Part shown: piece after piece, positions 19,629-29,654 of the stretch | How positions within the stretch are numbered: position 1 is the first letter of the stretch | How the letters are laid out: every line of letters begins with the position of its first letter | DNA from: Candidatus Altiarchaeota archaeon | GTDB lineage: Archaea > Altiarchaeota > Altiarchaeia > IMC4 > SCGC-AAA252-I15 | Direction: 5' to 3' | DNA: 64,000 bases | NCBI GenBank assembly: GCA_043800255.1 | Contig: JAZDNF010000009.1 | Coordinates: 160,001 to 224,000 of the forward strand | Notes under the pieces: generated by a model | The model's database searches: none | What the model was told of the DNA's origin: nothing | Seen by the model: the letters and a program-made list of their open reading frames with translations, nothing else | Made by a program: the position numbers and the translations under genes

Positions 19629-20203
19629 AAAAGAAGGTTCTGGGGGTGAGCGGCTCCCACAGGCACGCCAACACAGACGAGCTTGTGAAGAGGGCGCTGG
19701 AGTACTGCGGCAAAAAAGGGTTGGAAACGGAATTCATACCACTGGCTGACCTGGAAGTCGGGTACTGCACAGACTGCGGCGTCTGCAGGACGGGATTCGA
19801 ATGCTCAATAGACGATGATGTATTCCCAGTACTCGAGAAGATGAGCAAAGCTGATGGCATGATTGTAGGAAGCCCCGTTTACTTCTCAAGCGTCTCCGGA
19901 AAACTGAAGGCTCTCTTCGACCGCACTCTCCCGCTGAGGAGGAACGGCATGATGCTCTCTGGGAAAGTTGGGGGAGCAGTAGCAGTCGGGGGCTCAAGGA
20001 ACGGCGGGCAGGAGTTCACAGTAAGGGACATTCAGAACTGGATGCTCCTGCAGGAGATGACAGTAGTGGGAGACGTGAAAACCGCGCATTTCGGCGGCAT
20101 CGTCCATGGTAGGAATCCAGGCGACTGGGAGAAAGACGGGATAGGGCTTGAAACCGTTGATAACCTAGCTGAGAATATCGTCAGGTCCCTCAAGCGAAGT
20201 TGA
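19625..20203 (+). CDS. Iron-sulfur flavoprotein (flavodoxin-like Isf family)
   Basis: GSHR..NT, CTDCGVC....C, GSPVYF and GGSRNGGQE. Confidence 0.9.
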   Translation: MKKKVLGVSGSHRHANTDELVKRALEYCGKKGLETEFIPLADLEVGYCTDCGVCRTGFECSIDDDVFPVLEKMSKADGMIVGSPVYFSSVSGKLKALFDRTLPLRRNGMMLSGKVGGAVAVGGSRNGGQEFTVRDIQNWMLLQEMTVVGDVKTAHFGGIVHGRNPGDWEKDGIGLETVDNLAENIVRSLKRS

Positions 20204-21292
20204 TGCAGCACCTGCGATACCGATAGCTGACCTCATTTTTTCAACAAAAAGGGCTAGGTCGAATCTCGCAGCCTGCTGCTCGCAAGCCACCCTATACTTC
20301 AGCGGATTGGCTGAGACTTCTCTCACAACCCTCAGAAGCGAGTTGATGTCAGCGTCAACCAATCTGCCGGTGACGCCGTCCACTACAGTTTCGAGATAGC
20401 CGCCCTCTTTCACGGCGACAACAGGCTTCCCTGATGCCATCGCCTCAAGGGGGGTCATGCCGAAATCCTCATCCAATGATGTCGTGATGAACGCCTCGCA
20501 CTCGCCGTAAAGCTGCCTCAGCCGGTCCTCGGAGACGCGCCCCAGCAGGAAGACGTTCTCAGGCAGGTCCTCGATGACGCCCTTCCTGTAGGCGTCGGCA
20601 TGGTCGCCCCTCGCGAATCCTCCGACGATTATCAGCTTCTTCTCCGGAAGCCTCCTGAAAACCTCGGTCTGCAATTTTATTCGCTTCTCAGGATAGAACC
20701 TGTTAACGCTCAGCCAGTAGTCACCAGCCTTAACGTAATGGTATCTGGAGCAGTCAGCGAACGGGTATATCACATCAGAATCCCGCCGATAGTATTTTTT
20801 CACTCTCTCTCGGGTATTCTTAGAATTTGAGACCAGCTTATCGACATGTCCTATGAAATGCTCAGTGAGGGGCCTGTGAATGCACACCCACAACCTGAAC
20901 AATAGTCTTCTGAAAAAGCCAAGACGGCTGAGAAAGACATCATACAAGTCATAAAAGTGCCTGGGAGGAGTATGACAGTATAATAAGTTGGGCGTGTGTC
21001 TTTTCGCTGCGAACACGCTCCACTCCCCGCTGAATATGAAAAAATCATACTTCCTACTGAAATCGCACATCAGAAACTTCAACGACGTGTGTATCTGCTT
21101 CAGAGGAGGAATGGTTAAAGTATCCCCAAGCGAGATTATGTTATCGCACGTGAAACCCATCTGCCGTACGATGCCCTCATCCAGGTTAGTCGTGACGACG
21201 TCAGCGCCAAGCTCCCTGGCAAGGGTGAGAACCAGCTTTTCCCCCCCTCCGATGGTATCCAAGTAATTGTGGAATATTAAAACCCGCATCAA
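20165..21292 (-). CDS. Glycosyltransferase family 4
   Basis: GGGEKLV, YCHTPPR and EDFGMTPLEAMASGKP. Confidence 0.92.
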   Translation of the reverse strand: MMRVLIFHNYLDTIGGGEKLVLTLARELGADVVTTNLDEGIVRQMGFTCDNIISLGDTLTIPPLKQIHTSLKFLMCDFSRKYDFFIFSGEWSVFAAKRHTPNLLYCHTPPRHFYDLYDVFLSRLGFFRRLLFRLWVCIHRPLTEHFIGHVDKLVSNSKNTRERVKKYYRRDSDVIYPFADCSRYHYVKAGDYWLSVNRFYPEKRIKLQTEVFRRLPEKKLIIVGGFARGDHADAYRKGVIEDLPENVFLLGRVSEDRLRQLYGECEAFITTSLDEDFGMTPLEAMASGKPVVAVKEGGYLETVVDGVTGRLVDADINSLLRVVREVSANPLKYRVACEQQAARFDLALFVEKMRSAIGIAGAASTSLEGPDDILS

Positions 21293-21298
21293 GTATAT

Positions 21299-22441
21299 AT
21301 GACCGATAGATTGAAAAAACAGATGGTTGGGGGGGAGAGAGAGTTGAAAAATCTGCCACTGATTTCACTAGTAATCGTTAACCACAATGGCAGGGATTTG
21401 TTAGAGGATTGTCTATCGTCAATCCGCGATCTTGAGTATCCAAAAGAGAAACTTGAAATCATCATGGTGGACAACATATCAGAAGACGATTCCATGTCAT
21501 TTGTCAGCGAAAGTTTCCCAGAGTGTAGGATCATAAGGAGCGGGGAGAACAATTACGCCAAGGCGAACAATATTGGGATAAGAGAATCAAAAGGTAACTT
21601 CGTCGGCCTGCTGAATAACGATGTCAGAGTGGAACGGAATTGGCTGGTAGAACTAGTTAGAGTTATGATGTCTGACGCGAAAGTGGGCGTTGCCGGTGGG
21701 AAGATTCTGTTCGAGAACGGCAGGATACAGAGCGTAGGGCATGTCGAACTTGGGAATTACTACTGGAGCGACAGGGGATTCAACGAGACCGACCGGGAAC
21801 AGTATGACAGAGTGGAAGACGTCAAAAGCCTGTGCGGGGCGGCAGTCCTCTATAGGAGGAAGTGCCTGGACGACGTTGGACTGTTTGACGAGGACTTCGT
21901 CATGTACTACGAGGACGTCGACCTGAACCTGCGGTGTGGGGAAAGAGGGTGGAGGAGGGTGTACGTTCCCAAAAGCGTCGCATACCACAAGTTCAGGGGA
22001 ACCGCAACAGAGGATACAGTGAAAAAATGGTGTGAAAGGAACAGGTTGATGCTAATAGCCAAGAAAGAGCCGAACGCGTTTTTGGAAAAACTGATTCGAA
22101 CAGAGTATTACATCAAACAGAATTCAAAAAAGGCGGAAGAGGACTTGAACGCCATTCTAAAAAAATGGTTTGATAGTATGAAGGATGGGAAAAATGTCGG
22201 AAGCCTTCAGCAGAGACTGCTTGTCCTATTGAACCTGTCCTACGCTGAACTCTATGGCAGGGACAGTGGGATAGAAAAGATGGAGGAGGAGATAAAGCTG
22301 ATGAACCAGCAACTGGCTGATAGGAACCAGTACATAAGGCAGAAGGAGGAACAGCTGGATAGGATATTCAACTCCAGGGGCTGGAAGTCCCTAACTGCAT
22401 TCCACGACATAAAAAAGTCGTTAGGTCTTGTCAAAGAATGA
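21299..22441 (+). CDS. Glycosyltransferase family 2 with C-terminal coiled coil
   Basis: VDNISED, LLNND and FDEDFVMYYEDVDL; tail ending SRGWKSLTAF. Confidence 0.9.
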   Translation: MTDRLKKQMVGGERELKNLPLISLVIVNHNGRDLLEDCLSSIRDLEYPKEKLEIIMVDNISEDDSMSFVSESFPECRIIRSGENNYAKANNIGIRESKGNFVGLLNNDVRVERNWLVELVRVMMSDAKVGVAGGKILFENGRIQSVGHVELGNYYWSDRGFNETDREQYDRVEDVKSLCGAAVLYRRKCLDDVGLFDEDFVMYYEDVDLNLRCGERGWRRVYVPKSVAYHKFRGTATEDTVKKWCERNRLMLIAKKEPNAFLEKLIRTEYYIKQNSKKAEEDLNAILKKWFDSMKDGKNVGSLQQRLLVLLNLSYAELYGRDSGIEKMEEEIKLMNQQLADRNQYIRQKEEQLDRIFNSRGWKSLTAFHDIKKSLGLVKE

Positions 22442-23832
22442 AAGTACTGCTTATAAACCCACCGACAACAAATGACCAGGTTCCAGAGAACCCGCCATTG
22501 GGGCTGCTATACCTCGCAGCTAGCATAAGAGACCAGCATGACGTCTGGGTAGTCGACTTGGACGCGCTGAAATACGATGATATGCAGATTCAACGCAGAC
22601 TGGTAAAGGAAGCCCCAGACATTATAGGCATCACTGCCACAACGTTTAGCTACAATAGCATGAGAAGACTATGCGAACTATCCCGGAAGGTTCTGCCAAG
22701 GACAGAAATCGTAATCGGAGGCCCGCACGTTTCCTCATGCCCTGAAAAGAGCTTGGAGGAGACTGGAGCAGACCATGTGATAGTGGGAGAAGGCGAATTA
22801 AGTTTTAAGAAAATGTTAGATGACCCGAAGGATGAGAACCGGAAGATTATCAAAGGATTGAGAGTGGAAGAGTTAAGCTGTCTTCCGCTTCCAGCACGCG
22901 ACCTCCTAGAACCCGACATCACGTACTATAACGGTAACATCCCAAGACATGTGAAGCCTGAGACTGTGATGATGTGGAGCCGCGGCTGCCCGCACAACTG
23001 CCTGTTCTGCTCAAACACAATCTACATGAGACAGAAAACCCGGTTCAGACCTCCTGAGGACATCATATCAGAGATAAAAATCCTAAGTGAGTTCGGAATC
23101 AATGAGATATTTGTCTACGACGACGAGCTTGTTGGCATGAGCGAAAATCAAAACAGGTGGCTTCAGAAAGTATGCAACCTTATCATAAGCGAAGGACTTA
23201 ATGACATTTTTTTCAAATGCCAAGGCAGATGCTCCAGACACGTCGACTTGGAAACGCTAGCCATCATGAAAAAGGCAGGTTTCAAGACCATAATGTGGGG
23301 CTGTGAATCTGGCTCAGACAAAGTCCTGAACGTGATAAGAAAGGGTACAAAGGTGCTGGACATAGAGCATACTATAAGAACGTGCAAAAAGTCGGGAATC
23401 GAAGCTTGGATGTTTCTTATGATAGGGAATTACAAGGAGACGTTGGATGATGCTGAAAAGACTGTCAGACTCGTAAGGAAGTTGAGCCCGGACTTCATAC
23501 AGGTGACATATGCTACTCCGTATCCGAGCGACTTCGAAAAAATCTGCATTGAAAAAGACCTCATCATAGAGCCTGACAGGTCGAAATGGAACACAAATGT
23601 TCCCGTAGCAAAATCAGAGCACATGAGGGTAGAGGAGATGGAACAGATTAGAAACAAACTCCTAGTCGAAGGCAGGATTTATCAAATAAAAAAAGCCATC
23701 TTAAAAGAACTCATGAGAATGGAGTTCCCCTACAAGCACCCAATCATGCTCTTTCACCAGCACTATAAGAACCAAGGTCTCACTTATGCGTCAAAAAAAG
23801 CAATAGAATACGCCAAGAGAGGGTTCAAATGA
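22438..23832 (+). CDS. Cobalamin-binding radical SAM protein (class B methyltransferase-like)
   Basis: PPLGLLYLA, GGPH, GEGE, SRGCPHNCLFC and GCESGS. Confidence 0.92.
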   Translation: MKVLLINPPTTNDQVPENPPLGLLYLAASIRDQHDVWVVDLDALKYDDMQIQRRLVKEAPDIIGITATTFSYNSMRRLCELSRKVLPRTEIVIGGPHVSSCPEKSLEETGADHVIVGEGELSFKKMLDDPKDENRKIIKGLRVEELSCLPLPARDLLEPDITYYNGNIPRHVKPETVMMWSRGCPHNCLFCSNTIYMRQKTRFRPPEDIISEIKILSEFGINEIFVYDDELVGMSENQNRWLQKVCNLIISEGLNDIFFKCQGRCSRHVDLETLAIMKKAGFKTIMWGCESGSDKVLNVIRKGTKVLDIEHTIRTCKKSGIEAWMFLMIGNYKETLDDAEKTVRLVRKLSPDFIQVTYATPYPSDFEKICIEKDLIIEPDRSKWNTNVPVAKSEHMRVEEMEQIRNKLLVEGRIYQIKKAILKELMRMEFPYKHPIMLFHQHYKNQGLTYASKKAIEYAKRGFK

Positions 23833-23841
23833 ATTTTAAAC

Positions 23842-24915
23842 ATGATGAAGGTACTCCACATAAACGACCATAAGGATTATGCTGGCGCGGAAACAGCAGT
23901 GAGGATGCTACGCAACTCTCACCAAGCGATGGGTTTGGAAACATCACTGATGACTGCAGACGATTTCCAACTTCAACCATTTTTGCCTAATAGGATGAAA
24001 GATAGACTATACCGCTCTTTCTTCAGAAAGTTCAAGCCAGACGTCATACACGTGCACAACATATCGCGATTTGGACTGGGACCGATAAAAGTTGCGAAAA
24101 AGGAGGGCATCCCAATCGTGTGGACATTCCACGATTACGCTGGAGTATGTCCCAACACACTGCTTTTCAGGCCGAATAGGACAGTCTGCAAAGACAGAAC
24201 CCAGTGTATGAGCTGCAACAATCTTGTGGTACCATACAATTACAGCCAATTATACGAGTTATTGGATGATGTTTCATGCGTAGTGGCCTCAGACTACGTC
24301 AAATCCCAGTACGCTGAGGTCATAAGCACTAAGCGAGTATATTGGGACGCTGACCCCTTTCTTTTAGACATGCCATCAAGAGATTTTAGAGGTAGGACAA
24401 TACTCTTCGGCGGCAGGCTTGATGAAGAGAAAGGTGTGAGATTTGCAATAATAGCTTTCAAGAGGATAGTAGGGAAATACCCGGATTCCAGGTTGATTCT
24501 TGCAGGAACCTATAGGCAAGACATCTTCACAAGATTACTGAGGATATATGACATAGAAAAGAATGTGGATTATGTTGGTAGCATGCCATGGCAAGAGTAT
24601 ATTAACACAGTCCGAAACTCTGCGGCAGTATTATGCACCTCCATATGGGCTGAACCATTCAATCTGAGTATGCTTGAGGCGATGGCCTTGGGCAAGCCTG
24701 TCATCGCAACAGGCGTTGGAGGACAGACTGAAGTTGTGGGCGATTCGGGAATCATCATTCAGCCTAAGTCATCACATGCCATATTCGAGGCAGTATGCGA
24801 TATATTCTCAGATAGGGGGAGATATAAACAACTATGTGAAAAAGGTAAGAAACGAGCCAAAAACTTCAGGGGAGGCGCTGAAGAATATCTGAAAATTTAC
24901 GAGTCATTGATTTAA
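23842..24915 (+). CDS. Glycosyltransferase family 4 with Cys-rich insert
   Basis: HDY..CP...C....C..C, GRLDEEKG and EPFNLSMLEAMALGKP. Confidence 0.9.
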   Translation: MMKVLHINDHKDYAGAETAVRMLRNSHQAMGLETSLMTADDFQLQPFLPNRMKDRLYRSFFRKFKPDVIHVHNISRFGLGPIKVAKKEGIPIVWTFHDYAGVCPNTLLFRPNRTVCKDRTQCMSCNNLVVPYNYSQLYELLDDVSCVVASDYVKSQYAEVISTKRVYWDADPFLLDMPSRDFRGRTILFGGRLDEEKGVRFAIIAFKRIVGKYPDSRLILAGTYRQDIFTRLLRIYDIEKNVDYVGSMPWQEYINTVRNSAAVLCTSIWAEPFNLSMLEAMALGKPVIATGVGGQTEVVGDSGIIIQPKSSHAIFEAVCDIFSDRGRYKQLCEKGKKRAKNFRGGAEEYLKIYESLI

Positions 24916-25685
24916 TGCAGAAGAAGATGCCAAGCCATTATTTACCTCTGATAAGGGAGCTAGCATGGACTGACTTCAAATTGAGGTATAACCGGTCAAT
25001 TCTAGGGTTTCTATGGTCGCTTCTAAAGCCGCTTCTCATGCTTGTGACATTATATCTGGTCTTTCACGTTCTGATGAGGTGGGACATACAGAACTACGAA
25101 CTGTTCCTGCTGCTGGGCATAGTGGAGTGGAACTTCTTCGTCGAGGGTACGCTGAATTCAATGAACAACATCCTCGCAAAAGGCAACCTCATAAAAAAAG
25201 TCTATTTTCCAAGGGAGTTCGTCGTCCTGAGCTCCTGCCTGAGTTCGTCGCTCACCTTCGCCTTGAACCTTGCAGTCTTCTTCGCCTTCATGCTCGCGTT
25301 GGACGTGATGCCAGGCTGGCAGGCAATGATGATGCCGGTATTGGTGGTGGAACTGTTCATCTTGGTCCTCGGACTGTCGCTTGCGCTCTCGGCCCTGTAT
25401 GTGATGTACCGTGACATGGTGCACATATGGGAGGTTCTCCTTCAGGTTGGGTTCTGGGTATCGCCTATAGTCTACTCCGTAGACGTCATACCAGAAAGAT
25501 ACGTGAAATGGTACATGCTGAACCCGATCGCCAGGGTCATAAAAGACTCTAGGGATGCCGTCATATCCCATGGCATACCATCGCTGAGGCACATGACGAT
25601 AACTCTCGTAATCTGCCTGGTCATACTGGCTGCAGGGTATGCTATGTTCAGGAAGCTATCACCGAAAATACCGGAGACGCTATGA
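24915..25685 (+). CDS. wzm: Polysaccharide ABC transporter permease
   Basis: DFKLRY.SILGFLWSLLKP, LIKKVYFPRE and SPIVY. Confidence 0.92.
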   Translation: MQKKMPSHYLPLIRELAWTDFKLRYNRSILGFLWSLLKPLLMLVTLYLVFHVLMRWDIQNYELFLLLGIVEWNFFVEGTLNSMNNILAKGNLIKKVYFPREFVVLSSCLSSSLTFALNLAVFFAFMLALDVMPGWQAMMMPVLVVELFILVLGLSLALSALYVMYRDMVHIWEVLLQVGFWVSPIVYSVDVIPERYVKWYMLNPIARVIKDSRDAVISHGIPSLRHMTITLVICLVILAAGYAMFRKLSPKIPETL

Positions 25686-26896
25686 CAAACGCCATCGTGA
25701 CAAAAAAACTCACAAAGTGCTTCAGGATACAGCACGAGAAGAAGACGACGCTGTTCGAGAACATCCTAGGGCTTATGAAGAAGAGGCTCACGTATGAGAT
25801 ATTGACTGCAGTCGACAGCCTAGACCTTGAAGTCAGAAGGGGAGAGACTCTGGGCGTCATAGGACCCAACGGCAGTGGAAAGAGCACCCTGCTTAGGATG
25901 ATCGCGGGCACTATGGAGCCGACTTCAGGCACGGTCAGCGTCGACGGCAGGGTAAGCCCATTCCTGGAGCTCGGCGTTGGATTTCAAGACAACCTGACAG
26001 GCAAGGAGAACATAATATTGTACGGGACGCTCATGGGCCTATCAAGACAGGACATCGAAAGCGGCTTGAGCCGGATACTAGAATTCTCAGGACTCGAAAG
26101 GTTTTGTGACACAGAGATAGGACACTACTCCGACGGGATGAGGATGCGACTGGCTTTTTCAACAGCAATAGAGTCGAATGGAGACGTATATCTCGTCGAC
26201 GAAGCATTCGCTGTCGGAGACGAGAGGTTCAGGAAGAAATGCCTCAAGGAGATAAGAAGACTTAAGTCAGAGGGGAGGACCATACTACTCGTAACCCATT
26301 CAACGGACATAATCGATGAGCTATGCGACAGAGCCGTACTCCTAGACCAGGGCAGGATAATATCAGACGGCAACCCAAAAAAAGTTGTTGAAGACTACAA
26401 GAGACTCCTCAGCATAAACAACAAAGGAGAGCTGAAGGACGAGACGAACAGGTGGGGGACTGGAGACGTTGAAATCGTCGGCGTAAAACTGTTCGGCGAC
26501 GAAGGTAAGACCAAGTCGGAATTCAGAAAAGACGAGAGCATAACAGTCAGGATGGAGTATAAGGCTAACCGGAGGGTTAAAAATCCAGAGTTCGGACTAG
26601 CAATCCACTCGGCTGACGGCAGCTACCTTGTCGGCCCCAACAACGTGAACTCGGGAGCGCATATCGACGAGATAGAAGGCTGCGGACAGATTACGTGCAG
26701 GCTGAACCCGCTTCCCCTGAGGAATGGACGATATCAACTCAGCGTGGCAGTCCACGGAACTGAAAAGAGGAGAGAATTATGCTACGATTTTCGGAAGAAT
26801 ATCATGGGATTCTCAATCGGCAGAGGGAAGGGCATAAGACAGTTCGGTAACATAGACGTCGGATGCAGATGGGAGCACGTCAAGAATAATAAGTAG
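25682..26896 (+). CDS. wzt: Polysaccharide ABC transporter ATPase with C-terminal Wzt_C domain
   Basis: GPNGSGKST, YSDGMRMRLAF, LVDE and VTHS; about 150-aa beta-rich tail starting RWGTG. Confidence 0.92.
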   Translation: MTNAIVTKKLTKCFRIQHEKKTTLFENILGLMKKRLTYEILTAVDSLDLEVRRGETLGVIGPNGSGKSTLLRMIAGTMEPTSGTVSVDGRVSPFLELGVGFQDNLTGKENIILYGTLMGLSRQDIESGLSRILEFSGLERFCDTEIGHYSDGMRMRLAFSTAIESNGDVYLVDEAFAVGDERFRKKCLKEIRRLKSEGRTILLVTHSTDIIDELCDRAVLLDQGRIISDGNPKKVVEDYKRLLSINNKGELKDETNRWGTGDVEIVGVKLFGDEGKTKSEFRKDESITVRMEYKANRRVKNPEFGLAIHSADGSYLVGPNNVNSGAHIDEIEGCGQITCRLNPLPLRNGRYQLSVAVHGTEKRRELCYDFRKNIMGFSIGRGKGIRQFGNIDVGCRWEHVKNNK

Positions 26897-26914
26897 GAAT
26901 GTAATAAGAAATAT

Positions 26915-28414
26915 ATGTCAATTCTGACGGAAAATCGAACCCATAATCAGCTTATATTCCTGCTGATACTGGTATTGACTTTTTCGACAGTTTATTCAGT
27001 GCACAAGAATTACAGGTTCCCGTTGCACGCCGATGAGTGGCAGCATCTTGCGCTTTCGATCCAAATCATGGAAGAGGAGGGTTTGAGCAGTCTGAACCCC
27101 TATGACCTGAGCTTGCATGTTGACACCGAGCCGGGATTCCACATACTCGTCTCAGAGATTCTTATGATAACAGGAGTAGAGCCGGTGACATACTATCGTT
27201 TTCTGCCGGCAATATTCGCCTGCATTTCGAACATCATGTTATTCGCGTTCGTATGGAAGCTTACCAAGAACAGGGGAATAGGATTTTTATCGATGATATT
27301 CTTCTCAACTTTGAAGAGCAACGTTAACATACTGGGCCCAGTATTCCTCGTGCCGCTTACCGCATCCATACCGCTAATCTACTTGTTCTTCCTGACCGTC
27401 CACCAAGCGTTAGCCTGGAAGAGCATGCGACGGGTTTACACCCTCATAAGCGTGTGGATTGCGCTCTTCCTGATACACCCAATCTCCGCGGCGTTTACTG
27501 CCTTCGTCTGCTTCATCTACGCCCTGACAGAGTACAAGAGGACTATGGATCTGATGCGAAAGCTGAGCGTCTTCATAGTCATACCCGTTGCAGTGTTCGT
27601 CGTCTTTATAAGGAGCCTTGAAGAGCATTGGGGTGGGGGGATCACATACATATTCGTGGACCACATCGTGTACGAGTACGGTTGGGGTAAGACTGAGATA
27701 CTGTACGCGCTCCATGATTTTTACGGGTACACGCCACTGCTGCTGGCCTTGCTCGGCCTTATAGTAGAGGCCAGAAGGAAGGAGCCGCTGGTTCCACTCT
27801 GGAGCCTCTACGCCGCCCTGAACATTTACGCATATGGTTTCTTGGAAGCCACAGTGATTGCGCCGTTCCAGAGGATGCTCTATTACGCGATGTTAGGGCT
27901 TACAGTACTTTCCGGGATAGGATTGTACAGACTCCTGGATTATGTCAGAACCAGCTTACAGAGGATAACTCTGGAGGCTCGGCTCAGGGGCTATGTCACT
28001 CAGATTGCGATTACCCTGACGCTTGCGGCAGTATTCTACGTCAGCTTCTCAACCTACTTCGATTTCCCAACGAGAGCGAAACTGTATCAGGTGATAGAGG
28101 AGGACGAGTACTCGGCCATAAGATGGATTGGAGACAACTACGGGGGAGACAACATCGTATTAGCAGACACTTGGACCTCCATTGCAGTTTATCCGATTAC
28201 AAGAAACAGGGTCGTTGGATTTGTATCAGCCCATATAGAAAGCGACGGTGATGATTTTGCCGATGAATTTTTCAAAAGTGACTGTATCAACATGGCTTCC
28301 ATGATTGAAAGGGAGGGTATTAGTCTGGTAATAACCAAAGAGCGCATAAGCTGTCCTGGCATCGAATTGGTCTACGGAAACAAGACACTCGTATATGAAA
28401 CAAAAAGGGTATAG
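26915..28414 (+). CDS. Polytopic membrane protein, GT-C-like
   Basis: More than 10 TMs; DE dyad (HADEW) after the first TM; soluble C-terminal domain; last gene of the glycan cluster. Confidence 0.6.
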   Translation: MSILTENRTHNQLIFLLILVLTFSTVYSVHKNYRFPLHADEWQHLALSIQIMEEEGLSSLNPYDLSLHVDTEPGFHILVSEILMITGVEPVTYYRFLPAIFACISNIMLFAFVWKLTKNRGIGFLSMIFFSTLKSNVNILGPVFLVPLTASIPLIYLFFLTVHQALAWKSMRRVYTLISVWIALFLIHPISAAFTAFVCFIYALTEYKRTMDLMRKLSVFIVIPVAVFVVFIRSLEEHWGGGITYIFVDHIVYEYGWGKTEILYALHDFYGYTPLLLALLGLIVEARRKEPLVPLWSLYAALNIYAYGFLEATVIAPFQRMLYYAMLGLTVLSGIGLYRLLDYVRTSLQRITLEARLRGYVTQIAITLTLAAVFYVSFSTYFDFPTRAKLYQVIEEDEYSAIRWIGDNYGGDNIVLADTWTSIAVYPITRNRVVGFVSAHIESDGDDFADEFFKSDCINMASMIEREGISLVITKERISCPGIELVYGNKTLVYETKRV

Positions 28415-28422
28415 TCGATAAC

Positions 28423-28698
28423 ATGGCCCTCAGAGCCCGCATTATTGTCTCGGGAAGGGTGCAGGGAGTGTACTTCAGGGCGCACGCGAAAGACGAGGCC
28501 TTGAAGCTTAACCTGAGGGGATGGGTGAGGAACCTGCCGGACAGGATGGTCGAAGCAGTTATCGAGGGGGACGATAAGTCTGTGAAGAAGATGGTTGATT
28601 GGTGCAGGACTGGCCCGCCGAGCGCAAGAGTCGAAAGCATAGAGGTTGAGTGGGAGAAGCCGTCAGACGAGTTCTCTTCCTTCACGGTAAGGTACTAG
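28423..28698 (+). CDS. acyP: Acylphosphatase
   Basis: GRVQGVYFR, GWVRN and GPPSARV. Confidence 0.95.
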   Translation: MALRARIIVSGRVQGVYFRAHAKDEALKLNLRGWVRNLPDRMVEAVIEGDDKSVKKMVDWCRTGPPSARVESIEVEWEKPSDEFSSFTVRY

Positions 28699-28699
28699 T

Positions 28700-29593
28700 A
28701 TGTTCTCAGACTCATGTAACGCTAGGAAGGCACTGCCAAAGTACTTCGACATCGTTGAAGGCAGGGAGAAAGCCAGATTCCTGGACGCGGGGAACCTGGA
28801 GGGGAGGGCCGAGCAGGCTGACATCATCTTCAAAAGCTGCCGCTTCTGCGAGAGGAGATGCCGCGTTGACAGGAGCATTGGGAGGAAGGGAATTTGCGGC
28901 GTCCTGGATGCGAGAATTTCAAACGAGTTCCTACATCTGGGAGAGGAGCCTGAACTCGTTCCATCGCATACCATATTCTTCACAGGATGCACCTTCAAGT
29001 GCGTCTTCTGCCAGAACTGGGACATCAGCCAGTACCCTGACGGCGGAGCCAGCATCAGGCCTGAGAACCTGGCAAGGGTGATAAAAAGCAGGGGATGCAG
29101 GAACGTGAACTGGGTCGGCGGCGACCCGACGCCGAATTTGAATTACATCCTCCGGGTGCTGACGTTCTTGGATAAGAACATCGCGCAGGTGTGGAACTCG
29201 AACATGTATCTTTCGGAGGAGAGCATGCAACTCTTGGAGGGGGTTATAGACGTATACCTGACCGACTTCAAGTACGGCTGCGATGAATGCGCCATGCGAC
29301 TGTCCTCTGCACCATACTACTGGAGGATAATGACGAGGAACCACCTGCTGGCCTCACAGCAGTGCGAACTCCTCATAAGGCACCTTGTGCTGCCAGGGCA
29401 CTTTTACTGCTGCACCAAGCCAGTGCTGGACTGGATTGCCGAGAACGTTCCTGATGCCAGAGTCAACGTGATGGACCAGTACCGGCCGGAATACAGGGCA
29501 TGCGACTACGATGAGATATCAGAAAAGCTCACAGGAGAGGAATACTCAGAAGCGCACGCATACGCCAAAGACCTCGGACTGAGCCTAGTATGA
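28700..29593 (+). CDS. PflX-like radical SAM protein
   Basis: CRFCERRCRVDR, GEEPEL, GCTFKCVFCQN, GGDPTP, RHLVLPGH and MDQYRP. Confidence 0.9.
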   Translation: MFSDSCNARKALPKYFDIVEGREKARFLDAGNLEGRAEQADIIFKSCRFCERRCRVDRSIGRKGICGVLDARISNEFLHLGEEPELVPSHTIFFTGCTFKCVFCQNWDISQYPDGGASIRPENLARVIKSRGCRNVNWVGGDPTPNLNYILRVLTFLDKNIAQVWNSNMYLSEESMQLLEGVIDVYLTDFKYGCDECAMRLSSAPYYWRIMTRNHLLASQQCELLIRHLVLPGHFYCCTKPVLDWIAENVPDARVNVMDQYRPEYRACDYDEISEKLTGEEYSEAHAYAKDLGLSLV

Positions 29594-29628
29594 ACAGATA
29601 CTCGCTGGTTCAAATCCCGATCGGGGCG
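29593..29628 (+). repeat. att-like tRNA 3'-end fragment (left boundary)
   Basis: GGTTCAAATCCCGATCGGGGCG is a T-loop plus acceptor 3' strand; no tRNA 5' half upstream. Confidence 0.6.
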
Positions 29629-29654
29629 TCCAACCCGTAGACCCAATTTAGGGG

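Noticed and set aside
29593-29632. Intact tRNA gene
   Set aside because: Only the T-loop and acceptor 3' strand are present. The T-stem is mismatched and the upstream sequence is the pflX coding end.
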